Positions 51,545-61,400 of a DNA stretch of 64,000 nucleotides are shown one piece after another. Under the pieces are notes generated by a model that saw only the letters and a list, made by a program, of their open reading frames with translations, ran no database searches and was not told the DNA's origin. Every line of letters starts with the position of its first letter. The first letter of the stretch is position 1. The stretch comes from Vicinamibacterales bacterium (lineage in GTDB: Bacteria > Acidobacteriota > Vicinamibacteria > Vicinamibacterales > CAVVIG01), in contig DASXGC010000073.1 in the NCBI GenBank assembly GCA_036489235.1, forward strand, positions 1,095 to 65,094, read 5' to 3'. The position numbers and the translations under genes are program-made.

Positions 51545-54400
51545 CTAGCGAGCCGCGGGTGCTGTTGTTGAAGTCGTTGCGGCCTCCGGCGCCGTTTTGA
51601 TGTCGTTGTAGTTCAACACCGTGTTGAACAGCATGTTGAACTCGCCGAAATTCTGCCACCGGTAACACGGATTGCCGGCGAACAGGATCACGCGCCCCTT
51701 ACCAGACGGCTGATCGACGATCGCGGGACGGTTGCGAATCTCGTTGGCGCCGCGCATCAGCCCGCTCAACACGTGATCGTCGCCGCCGGGCCATCGCATC
51801 AGCACGCTGGCCGGTGTCGGCGGCGGCCCTGGCGGCGCGTTCTCGCCGAACGGATTAGCGCTCTGGACTGTCAACAGCGGTCCATTGGCGTAGCGGACCG
51901 GGATCATCTTTTTGTCGTAGCCGTAGAAGATCGGATTCTCCGGCTGCAGGATCTCGGCGTCGATGATCGCGCCGGGCGAATAGAACTGACCGGAGGTTCG
52001 CGCCGCATCCACCCGCGGCGCGAGGCCGAACTCGGCCGGGAAGAAGCTCGCGTTACCGAGCGTGACGAGCACGCCGCCGGCCTTCACGAACTTGTCGATT
52101 TCCGCGACGCCCTCGATCCCCATCCCTCCGGTGATGTCGTCGGACTCGCCATACATGCCGAGATACTTGAACTGCTCGCTCTTCTTGTAGGCGATCGGCG
52201 TACCACGCGACTCGATGTCGAATACCAGGCGCTTGGCGCTTCCAGCCTGGTGCGGAATCACGATGACGTCGTAATTGCCCTTGAGATTGCCCTGCCGTAC
52301 CTGATCCTTGTAAATCAGATCGAAAGGCACCTCGAACTTGTCGAACGCGTAACGGACCCAGCCGACGTCCTGGGTGCCGCCCCACGTGCTAAAGACGGCC
52401 ACGCGCGGCAGATCCAGATCGTGCAGCGGAACCGCCGGTGCAGCCGGCAGCGCCACCGCCGTGAGTCCGAGCGACTCGACCGCTGACGAAATCGCTCGCG
52501 CGTCGCCCGACACGATGAAGGAGCCCGCCGGGAAGGTGACAGCGCCCTGCTTGAACTCTTTTTCCGCGGCCTGAACCTTCAGAGTCTTGAGCCGATAGCG
52601 GAGCGTGATCATGTTGTTCGAGCCGAGATGCGCGACTGCGAACATCGAGCCGGTGCCGGTCACCGTCCCTGCCAGCTTGACCTCGGTCACCGGTGTGACG
52701 GCGACACTCAGTACCGCCTTGTCCTCGATCTCCTTCACGTCGGTCTGACTCATCATTCCCATCGTCCACGACGCATCGTCGTAGGTCCGCGTCACCGGAT
52801 CCGGGTAGACCTGTTTCTCGAGCAGGATTTTCGCCAGCCGCGCGTACGGCTGATCGCGTTTGACGATGAAGGAGCCGGCAGGGAAGGTGCCTTCTTTCAG
52901 TTTCACCTCGGCGTTGGCGGTGCCGACTTCGATCCCCTGCATGCGCAGGAGATTGATCAGTCGTACGACGCGGGTCGGATCGCGCTGACCGGCGGGAATC
53001 ACGTAGCCGGCCACCGCTTCCTTGCGTCCCGTGTCCACCGAGTTCCGCGATTTCTGGTAGAAGTTCTCGAGAATCACGCTGGGGAAGGCTGCGGTGTACT
53101 GCAGCGCCGTGAGGACACCGGTCTCGCCGTAGTTGGTGTTGTTGCGCAGCGACCAGTCGAACTCGCCAGTCGCGGGCCATGGCCGGAACCACTCACGCTC
53201 GCTCTGATTGCCGCGTCCCGCGGTAATCGCTGCCGCATCCGGACCGGGCGCTCCGCCGCGACCACCGCGTCCGGCTGCGGCGTTGGGATTGCCGAGGCGC
53301 ATCTTCGTCGTGTTCGCGCCGCTCGTGCCTTGAATCTCGTACATCCTGATCATGCCGTTGTGATTCGACGACATGAACGCGAGATAGCCCGGGGACCACA
53401 TGTCCACATAGCCGTGGGTCCAGACGCCAGGCATGCCGTACTTCGCCATCTGCGCCATCTCGAAGTTGGCCATCATCGGCAGCTCGCCGAAGAGGATCGG
53501 ATCGAGATTCGGGTTCTGCGGCGCCTGCCCGCTGAACGTGTAGAGCAGCGTCTGCGCCTGATGCAGGTCGTGCATGATCGGCGGGTGCCACTGGAGGTAC
53601 CAGTCGAGCAGCGCGCGCATTTCGATCTGCGAGTAATTGATGTCGCGGTTGTCGTCGTGGAAGATGTACTTGCCCCAGTATGGAACCCCGGCGCCGGTCG
53701 GGTGGCCGTCGGTCTCGTGGATGCCGTACTTGTAATACCAGTCCACGTTGCGATCGCGGCCGTCCGGATCGGCCACTGGCGTAATCGACACGATGACGTT
53801 GTCGCGGATCTGCTTGATCAGGCTGGAGTCCTCGGTTGCCAGCCGGTAGGTCAACTCCATCAACATCTCTGACGGACCGACCTCGCCGCTGTGCAGACCG
53901 CCCGAGAGGTGATACAGCGGTTTGGCTTTCGCAATGACTTCCTTCGCCTGTTGATCCGAAATCGTCCGCGGATCGGCCAGCTGAGCGAGATAGCCGCGAT
54001 AGGTATCGAGGTTCTTGATGGTGTCGTCAGCGCCGACGAACACGACGACCAGGTCGCGGCCTTCGGTACTCTTGCCGATGGTGATGACCTTTACGCGCGG
54101 CGAAGCAGCCGCGAGCGCGCGGTAGTACTTCAGGATGTCCGCGTAGTAGGTCAGCTGCTTGGGAGCACCGATGTGGTGGCCGAGAATGTCCTTTGGCGAC
54201 GGCACGCCGGCCACTTTGGGCAGGTGATCCACCAGTGGGCTGCTGAATTCCGGTCTCGTCGTCCATTCCTTGACCAACCGCGCGAAATCGTCGTCTACTG
54301 CTTTGTTTGCAGTGGTTTGGGCGAGTATTGACGAGTCGAACGCGACTGCGAACGTCAGAAGGATGGCTGAGATTATTGACAGGCGCCTCAGCAGCAACAT
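51545..54400 (-). CDS. Large secreted M14-family (zinc carboxypeptidase-like) protein
   Basis: 951 aa from ATG 54400 (AAGGAG RBS; signal peptide MLLLRRLSIISAILLTFAVAF). M14-type HxxE is present (LSGGLHSGEVGPSE), with a later His (IMHDLHQ). The C-terminal region resembles the class-I amidotransferase-like domains seen in long M14 proteins (VAVFSTWGG...YDVIVIPHQ). Confidence 0.75.
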   Translation of the reverse strand: MLLLRRLSIISAILLTFAVAFDSSILAQTTANKAVDDDFARLVKEWTTRPEFSSPLVDHLPKVAGVPSPKDILGHHIGAPKQLTYYADILKYYRALAAASPRVKVITIGKSTEGRDLVVVFVGADDTIKNLDTYRGYLAQLADPRTISDQQAKEVIAKAKPLYHLSGGLHSGEVGPSEMLMELTYRLATEDSSLIKQIRDNVIVSITPVADPDGRDRNVDWYYKYGIHETDGHPTGAGVPYWGKYIFHDDNRDINYSQIEMRALLDWYLQWHPPIMHDLHQAQTLLYTFSGQAPQNPNLDPILFGELPMMANFEMAQMAKYGMPGVWTHGYVDMWSPGYLAFMSSNHNGMIRMYEIQGTSGANTTKMRLGNPNAAAGRGGRGGAPGPDAAAITAGRGNQSEREWFRPWPATGEFDWSLRNNTNYGETGVLTALQYTAAFPSVILENFYQKSRNSVDTGRKEAVAGYVIPAGQRDPTRVVRLINLLRMQGIEVGTANAEVKLKEGTFPAGSFIVKRDQPYARLAKILLEKQVYPDPVTRTYDDASWTMGMMSQTDVKEIEDKAVLSVAVTPVTEVKLAGTVTGTGSMFAVAHLGSNNMITLRYRLKTLKVQAAEKEFKQGAVTFPAGSFIVSGDARAISSAVESLGLTAVALPAAPAVPLHDLDLPRVAVFSTWGGTQDVGWVRYAFDKFEVPFDLIYKDQVRQGNLKGNYDVIVIPHQAGSAKRLVFDIESRGTPIAYKKSEQFKYLGMYGESDDITGGMGIEGVAEIDKFVKAGGVLVTLGNASFFPAEFGLAPRVDAARTSGQFYSPGAIIDAEILQPENPIFYGYDKKMIPVRYANGPLLTVQSANPFGENAPPGPPPTPASVLMRWPGGDDHVLSGLMRGANEIRNRPAIVDQPSGKGRVILFAGNPCYRWQNFGEFNMLFNTVLNYNDIKTAPEAATTSTTAPAAR

Positions 54401-54530
54401 GACAGAACTCCTTATATACGTGATACTTAGCAAGACTGAGGCTGGGTTGGTGCGGAGCCGGTACCTGCGATACAATCCGCCTCTTTGAGCCGCATCTGCG
54501 GGCCAGTCTGAGGCTTACGGGACTCAACCT

Positions 54531-55673
54531 ATGATCAACGTTGCCGCGATCCGCATGCAGCAATTCGGCGTGCAATTCTATCAAGCTTCGCTGACGGCGA
54601 GTGACATTGATAAGCTCGTTCGCTTCGAGGTCCTCAACTACGGCGAGAACACGCAGGCGCCGGTCCGTGGCGGCCGCCAGAAGCCGGGCATGCCGACGCC
54701 GTCCAAGGTGAACTGGGATTTTCTCGAGCGGCGAATCGCGTCCAGCGACAAAGCCTACCAGCGGCAAATCATCCGCAAGAAGATTGACGAGCTCGTGCAG
54801 TACTACGAGCAGTGCCGCCAGGCCCGCGACCTGCCGTCGATTCCAGGCGCGGTGATCATTTCGTGCGACGAGAAACTGGCGTTCTCGCCGGCGGACAGCG
54901 ACTCCCGCGTCGGCATTCTCAAAGTGCCGGAGCGCGAAGGGATTCTGCGCGCGATTGACGGCCAGCACCGGCTGCTCGCGCTGCACGCCGACATCGATCG
55001 CTTCCAGGGCGAAGACTTCGCGGTCCCGGCGATCATCTTCGATCGTCTGCCGGAGGATCACGTCGTCCAGATGTTCGTCACCATCAACGCCAAGCACACC
55101 CGCCTCAATGCGTCGCACCTCGTGAGCCTGTCCGGGCGCCAGTTGTATCGCGACGAAGCGTTGGCTACGGGGCACGACGTCGTGCGCGCGCTGAACGATC
55201 GCGAGGACTCGCCGCTGTACGACGAGATCAAGCTGCTCGGTGTCGGCCGCGGACGTGTGGCGCAGGCTCCATTGGCGCAGGAATTGAAGAAATTATTCGC
55301 CCCGGAGGGAGTCTTCGCCGGCAAGAAATCGGATCAGCACGAGGAGGCGAAGAAATTCTTCGTCAACTACTTCAAGCAGATCGCGATGGTGTTCGGCGGC
55401 GCGTGGAACGGACGCAAATACAGTATCCGTTCGGCATCGGCGCTGCGTGCGTTCATCCGTGTGGCTCCAGATGTGATCAGGCGGTTGGATCAGGAACACG
55501 CCGATCGGTCGGATTTCCGCGCCATCGGGCGCGTGCTGGCACCGTGGGGCCGCCGGATCGGCGACTTGCGATTCGAAACAGAAGGAGCCTGGAAGCGATC
55601 AGGGACGACTGTCGACTCGCTGTCGAAGGAACTGCGGTTGGCGCTGATGTATCCCGAAGGTGCCGCTGTTTGA
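54531..55673 (+). CDS. DGQHR-domain (DndB-like, ParB/nuclease superfamily) protein, orphan
   Basis: 380 aa with the diagnostic motifs in order: AYQRQI (QR), AIDGQHRLLAL (DGQHR) and MFVTINAKHTRL. Confidence 0.8.
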   Translation: MINVAAIRMQQFGVQFYQASLTASDIDKLVRFEVLNYGENTQAPVRGGRQKPGMPTPSKVNWDFLERRIASSDKAYQRQIIRKKIDELVQYYEQCRQARDLPSIPGAVIISCDEKLAFSPADSDSRVGILKVPEREGILRAIDGQHRLLALHADIDRFQGEDFAVPAIIFDRLPEDHVVQMFVTINAKHTRLNASHLVSLSGRQLYRDEALATGHDVVRALNDREDSPLYDEIKLLGVGRGRVAQAPLAQELKKLFAPEGVFAGKKSDQHEEAKKFFVNYFKQIAMVFGGAWNGRKYSIRSASALRAFIRVAPDVIRRLDQEHADRSDFRAIGRVLAPWGRRIGDLRFETEGAWKRSGTTVDSLSKELRLALMYPEGAAV

Positions 55674-55765
55674 GGTTGGACCGCCTCGGGACGTTCGGCG
55701 TTGGCATTCTTCGTGCGACGTGTGTTTCGTACGTCGTTTCGCGCGTCGTTTCGTGAAGACCACCA

Positions 55766-56836
55766 ATGCAGACCTTGTTGATTACCGGTGGAGCCGGTTT
55801 TATCGGCTCCAACCTCGTTCACTACGCTCTCGAGCACACGACTGATCGCCTCGTCATCGTCGACAAGCTGACCTACGCCGGCAGCCTCCTCAACCTCGAA
55901 CAGCCACTGAAGAATCCGCGGGTCACGTTCGTGGCAGCGGACATTGCCGATCGAGACGCGATCGCACAGGTCTTCGCGGAACATCGTCCGTCAGGCGTAT
56001 TGAATCTGGCGGCGGAGACCCACGTCGATCGCTCAATCGATGGGCCGCGTCCATTCATGGACACGAACATCATTGGCACGTTCGTGCTTCTCGAAGCGTC
56101 GCGGACGATGTACGGCGGGCTCGAGGAGCAGGCGAAAAAGGCATTCCGGTTTCTGCACGTCTCGACCGACGAGGTATACGGTACGCTCGGCGAGAGCGGC
56201 TTGTTCAGCGAAGACACTCCGTACGCGCCGAATTCGCCTTATGCAGCGAGCAAGGCGTCCGCCGATCATCTGGTCCGTGCCTACTTTCACACCTACGGTC
56301 TGCCGACCATCATCACGAACTGCTCGAACAATTACGGACCCTTTCAATTTCCCGAAAAGCTGATTCCGCTGATGCTGCTGAACGCGCTCGAAGGACGCGC
56401 GCTGCCGATTTACGGCGACGGCGGCAACGTGCGCGACTGGTTGCACGTCGAAGACCATTGCGCCGGCATCATGCTCGTCCTTGCACGCGGCCGTCTGGGA
56501 GAGAAATACAACATCGGCGGCGGTAACGAGCGGACGAACATGGAAATCGTGGATCGCATTTGCGACGCGGCCGAGCGGCTGCGTCCGTCCGCGTCGAACG
56601 CGGCACTCAAAGGTGCGGGCTACCAGTCGCTGAGGACGTTCGTAGCCGATCGTCCGGGACACGACCGCCGCTACGCGATCGACGCCTCCAAAATCCGGAA
56701 GGAATTGGGATGGACGCCGCGCCATTCGTTCGAGGATGGGCTCGCCTCGACGGCGCGCTGGTACGTCGAACATCGCGACTGGTGCGAACAGGTTCAGGCT
56801 GGCCGTTACGACAGACAGCGACTCGGGCTGAAGTAA
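55766..56836 (+). CDS. rfbB: dTDP-glucose 4,6-dehydratase
   Basis: 356 aa with ITGGAGFIGSN, the YxxxK motif (PYAASKASADHL) and DRPGHDRRYAID. Confidence 0.93.
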   Translation: MQTLLITGGAGFIGSNLVHYALEHTTDRLVIVDKLTYAGSLLNLEQPLKNPRVTFVAADIADRDAIAQVFAEHRPSGVLNLAAETHVDRSIDGPRPFMDTNIIGTFVLLEASRTMYGGLEEQAKKAFRFLHVSTDEVYGTLGESGLFSEDTPYAPNSPYAASKASADHLVRAYFHTYGLPTIITNCSNNYGPFQFPEKLIPLMLLNALEGRALPIYGDGGNVRDWLHVEDHCAGIMLVLARGRLGEKYNIGGGNERTNMEIVDRICDAAERLRPSASNAALKGAGYQSLRTFVADRPGHDRRYAIDASKIRKELGWTPRHSFEDGLASTARWYVEHRDWCEQVQAGRYDRQRLGLK

Positions 56837-57712
56837 ATGTTGAAAGGCATCATTCTCGCCGGCGGATCCGGATCGCGGCTACACCCACTGACCCGTGCGG
56901 TCAGCAAGCAGCTGGTCCCGATCTACAACAAGCCGATGATCTATTACCCGCTCTCGACGCTGATGCTCTCGGGCATTCGCGACGTGCTGGTCATCACAAC
57001 ACCACACGAGCAGGACGGGTTCCGCCGGCTTCTGGGTGATGGCGCCGAACTGGGCTTGAACATCGAGTACGCGGCGCAGCCGAGTCCGGATGGCCTCGCC
57101 CAGGCGTTCATCATCGGCCGCGAGTTCGTGGGTGGCGATCGGGTGGCGCTGGCGCTCGGCGACAACATCTTCTACGGCGCACATTTCTCCGACTATCTGC
57201 GCAGCGCCGCGATACGTGAGTCCGGCGCCACGGTATTCGGGTACCAGGTTCGTGACCCCGAACGCTACGGTGTCGTAGCGTTCGATGCCGCTGGACGGCC
57301 CTCGAGTCTCGAGGAGAAGCCGTCGAAGCCGAAGTCGTCGTTCGCAGTGACCGGACTCTATTTTTTCGACAATCGGGTACTGGACATCGCCGCCAGTCTA
57401 AAGCCGTCGCCGCGAGGCGAGCTCGAAATCACGGACGTCAACCGCGCCTACCTCGATCGCGGCGAACTGCACGTCGAGAAGCTCGGACGCGGCATCGCCT
57501 GGCTGGACACGGGAACGCACGAATCGCTGATGCAGGCGTCCAATTACATTCATGCGATCGAGGAACGCCAGGGCCTGATGGTCGCGTGTCTCGAGGAAAT
57601 CGCGTATCGCAAAGGCTGGATCACATCCGCCGACCTCTCCCGTCTGGCGTCGGCGATGAAATCCAGCGGCTACGGCCAGTATCTGCTTCGACTGCTCGAG
57701 ATGGAGCCCTGA
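56837..57712 (+). CDS. rfbA: Glucose-1-phosphate thymidylyltransferase
   Basis: 291 aa with [16 protein letters not shown] and [15 protein letters not shown]. It starts directly after the rfbB stop. Confidence 0.93.
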   Translation: MLKGIILAGGSGSRLHPLTRAVSKQLVPIYNKPMIYYPLSTLMLSGIRDVLVITTPHEQDGFRRLLGDGAELGLNIEYAAQPSPDGLAQAFIIGREFVGGDRVALALGDNIFYGAHFSDYLRSAAIRESGATVFGYQVRDPERYGVVAFDAAGRPSSLEEKPSKPKSSFAVTGLYFFDNRVLDIAASLKPSPRGELEITDVNRAYLDRGELHVEKLGRGIAWLDTGTHESLMQASNYIHAIEERQGLMVACLEEIAYRKGWITSADLSRLASAMKSSGYGQYLLRLLEMEP

Positions 57713-57713
57713 C

Positions 57714-58274
57714 GTGAACGTTGTTCGCAGCCGCATTCCCGAAGTTCTCATCATCGAGCCGGCTGTCCATGTCGACGGACGCGGATTTTTTCTCGAGACG
57801 TATCACGCTGAGCGGTATCGCGAACATGGAATCGTCGAGCCGTTCGTTCAGGACAATCAGTCGCGATCGATGGCGGGCACGCTGCGTGGGTTGCACTTCC
57901 AGGTCCGGCGCCCGCAGGGCAAGTTGGTTCGCGTCATCGAAGGCGCCATCTTCGACGTCGCCGCCGACGTTCGACGCGGCTCACCGACCTTCGGTCAATG
58001 GATCGGCGTCACGCTGACCGCCGAGAACTTCAAGCAGTGCTACATCCCACCGGGCTTTGCGCACGGATTCTGCGTCCTGAGTCCCGTTGCCCAAGTCGAA
58101 TACAAATGCACCGCCGTATACGACCCGGGCGGCGAAAGCGGCGTCATCTGGAACGATTCGACGTTGGGCATCGCGTGGCCGATCGATCAGCCGACGCTGT
58201 CGGCCCGCGACCAGCAACTCCCGCCGCTGACAGACATCCTCGAGACGCTGGCGCCTTACCGGACAGAACCGTAA
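57714..58274 (+). CDS. rfbC: dTDP-4-dehydrorhamnose 3,5-epimerase
   Basis: 186 aa with a GTG start. Cupin motifs DGRGFFLETY, TLRGLHFQ and PPGFAHGF are present. Confidence 0.9.
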   Translation: MNVVRSRIPEVLIIEPAVHVDGRGFFLETYHAERYREHGIVEPFVQDNQSRSMAGTLRGLHFQVRRPQGKLVRVIEGAIFDVAADVRRGSPTFGQWIGVTLTAENFKQCYIPPGFAHGFCVLSPVAQVEYKCTAVYDPGGESGVIWNDSTLGIAWPIDQPTLSARDQQLPPLTDILETLAPYRTEP

Positions 58275-58437
58275 CTTCTGCGACAACTGCGTCAGCCTCC
58301 CGAGCCGTCCGACCGGCGTCCGGGCCGTTTTCACAGCAAACAGCGCGGGTACGTCAATTGCGACGACCAGATCATCGTTGATCTGATTACGGCAGGGCGC
58401 CGTGAATTGCTGGGGGAGCCAGATCAGCGGAGCAGGG

Positions 58438-58469
58438 GGGCATCGCAATCACGCGGTGCCCTTTTGTTT
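58438..58469 (+). terminator. Rho-independent terminator ~160 nt downstream of rfbC
   Basis: GGGCATCGC-AATCAC-GCGGTGCCC is a 9-bp stem with one G-U pair, followed by TTTTGTTT. It ends 20 nt before the next start codon. Confidence 0.55.
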
Positions 58470-58488
58470 ATACTGGTAAATTCTTGAG

Positions 58489-61400
58489 GTGGCCAAACGC
58501 CTCCCCCTGCTTGCCCTGATCATCGCGCTCAGCCCGCTTTTGGGTTCCGGACAACGCGCGGATCCGCCGGCTCCAGGCACCGCCTTATCAGACCTCTTCA
58601 AGCCGGGAGTCATTCTCCAGGATCGGAATGGCGACGAAGTAATCGACTTCGTCGACGTGCGGATCGTGCTGCCGCAGCACCCGTCCGACAGTGAGACGGC
58701 CGCCGCAGCCGACGTCGCCGCGCGCCTCGGATTCGAAACGTCGGCGATGAACCTGCCGCTCGCCAAAGTATTCCAAGCGGCCGCGGTTGGCTCCCCGGCT
58801 CCCGCCGCTCCCGCCGCGCCGCAGATCTTCGTCGGCGCGAAGTCGCTAACCGGATCAGGCGTCACCGTTGAGGCGATCGGTGGAGCGGGTCTCAAAGCCG
58901 GTGACGGATTGGTTGCTGCGTTCACCGCCGGCGGCAAACCGGCGTTTGCCCTGCTCGGCGCAGATGACGATGGGTTGAATGCTGCGGCGGTGATGCTCGG
59001 CGGCCACCTTCCCTATGTCTGGGATCAGAAAGGCCCGACAATCGACAAAATCGCCGCCGACGTGAAGCAGTTTCTCGCCGGCAAGGGCATCACCGCGGCG
59101 TCGGCCAATGCGACCGCAGTGCTCGTGCATCGGAATGGCGATGGCGTCGAGCGTCTGACGCTGGATCTGCAGATGGCGAACTTCGGAGACGTGGTGAAGG
59201 CCCAGGTCGCGCTGAATCAGTTCAAGGCGACCAGCGGCCGCGACCCGAAACGCGCGCTCTCCTACGTCAACGTTCGAACCGTGCTCGTTCGACTGCGCGC
59301 GCCAGGTTCCGGCGCAGTTCCGGTTGATTTGCCCCGCGCCGGCGCGACGCTGGCCGCGGCGGACACCGCATCCGCACCGCCGCCGCCCCGTCGTCCAGGT
59401 GGCGCCGCGAAAGAGAATTTCGATCTCTCGACCTTCTACGCGAACGAAGGCGGGTTGGGCGATTCCGACAACAACCTGATTCCGGATCGTGTGGACGTAC
59501 TGCTCAGCGCGGCAGGCGAGGGTACGTCCGGTGTCATCGACCTCGCGGCGCGTCTCGGCCTCGAATCGACCGGCATGGCGATACCGATCGCCAAGCCGCC
59601 GAAAGCGATTCAAGCGCCGGACACCGAGCCGATGCTCGTCCTCATCGGCACCGAACACCCGATCATCGATGACCTGATCAAGAGTCACAAATGGACGGCG
59701 CCGGATCTGCAGCCTGGCGATGGCGACATCGAAGTCGTCAAGAAGGCCTTCGGGGAGAAGAGCGCACTGGTCGTCACCGGAGGTGACGCGGCCGGCGTCA
59801 ACCGCGCGGTCCAGCAACTGGCCGAGACCTTTCCGCACATCTGGCAGCGAGGCAAGGACCGCACGACGCTGGACGATGTCGAAGACGATGTGCGGAAGTT
59901 CGTGGCGGGCAGGTCCCCGGCCGGCCAGGCGGCGATGAGCCTGTATAAGCTCGATCGCCTCGCGAGTGAATTGAAGGGAAAGGATCTCGCGTCGGCTCGC
60001 GTCAAGGTGTTCGTCGAGAAAGCCGAGGACGGCCTGGCGGCCGTCGTCAGGCAGCAGGCCGCCGCGACGATCCAGGCTGCCGCGATCACTGTCGACGTCC
60101 AGAACCTCGACGTGCAGCACGGACGATCGCTCGTCGACGAAGACTTCGTCATCCCGTCAGAGGTTGACGCGTTCTGGACCACCCTTCGCACCAAAGTGAT
60201 CCCGTCGCTGAAGAAGCGGCAGCCGGTCTCGATCGAAGCGCGGCTCAGCGAGCCGCCGGAAGTTCGCAAGCAGGTCGAGCAGCAGGCGCGTGCCGAGCTG
60301 GTCAAGGCCGGCGCCGACGACAAGGCCACCTCCGTCACCGTTCTATCGGCCTACAAGCAGGGCTACAGCTGGCTCTATGACGTCGTGCGGCCGGCACTCG
60401 ACGGAAAAGCCGTCGACCAGATCACCATCAGGTTCGCGGAAATCGGACCTCCGGCCGGTTGGACGCAGCAGGGCATGTACGCCCCGAGCCGCTGGCTGCT
60501 GGAGCTTTATCCGATCGACGAAATCCTTGCGAACGAACTGAAGATCGATCTGAAGAAGATTCATTTCGAGAAAGCGCCGATTGGCTCGCCCGCCTACGAG
60601 GTCACCGCCACCGCAAGAGATGGCAGTGTGCTGTTCAAACGGACATTCGATCCGAAATTCGTCGAACGGCCATTTTTCGATCGGTTCCCCGACTACGAGC
60701 ACGTCCGCGTCACAACCGGCTGGATCAAGGCCGACGTGGCCGGACGTACGGTCATCGACGAGCGCATCGAAACCGATCCGGAACGCTTCTGGGATCACTT
60801 CCAGGCCAAAACGCTGCCGGCGCTCTACGACCACGTGATGGCATTGAGCAACGGAAAGCCACGGCCGGAAGATGCACCGTTCTTCGGCGAGCTCACGGTG
60901 GATCTCTCAATGAGCGAGCCTGACTACCGACTGCCGGTTGACCAGGAGCAGATATCGTCGATGGAAGCGCTGCACGAGGAGATTTACTTCAACACCATCC
61001 ACTTCTTCGACGTGATGGGACGCTTCACCCGTGGTGCAGGCCTGACCTATCCCGGACGGATCATTCCCGTGATGCATCCGAGAGCGGATGGCAAGCCGGG
61101 CCGCGCCAGAATCTCGATTACCGGATTCGACGCCGCCAGGCCGTCCGTTGTCGTCGAGTACATCGAGCGGGGCGGCCGCACTGGTGAGGTCCGGCTCGAT
61201 ATTCCGAAGATTGCGGTCGATCGTCCGCAGACACTTGCTGCCAGAGTTCGCGCCGGCCAGGACGGTGTCGATCGTCTCGATCTGCGCCTGAAAGTCGATA
61301 CCGAGAAGGACGAGCGCGACGCGCTCGTCAAGCGCAGCGACGAGACTCGGGTCGATCGCACGATGATTTCCGCCGAGCAGGCGAACGCCGTCTTCACCAA

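Noticed and set aside
54027-55175. 382-aa minus-strand ORF spanning the divergent M14 / DGQHR promoter region
   Set aside because: It overlaps the 5' ends of two oppositely oriented, motif-supported genes and their intergenic region. Its composition is again Arg-rich, and no independent support exists.
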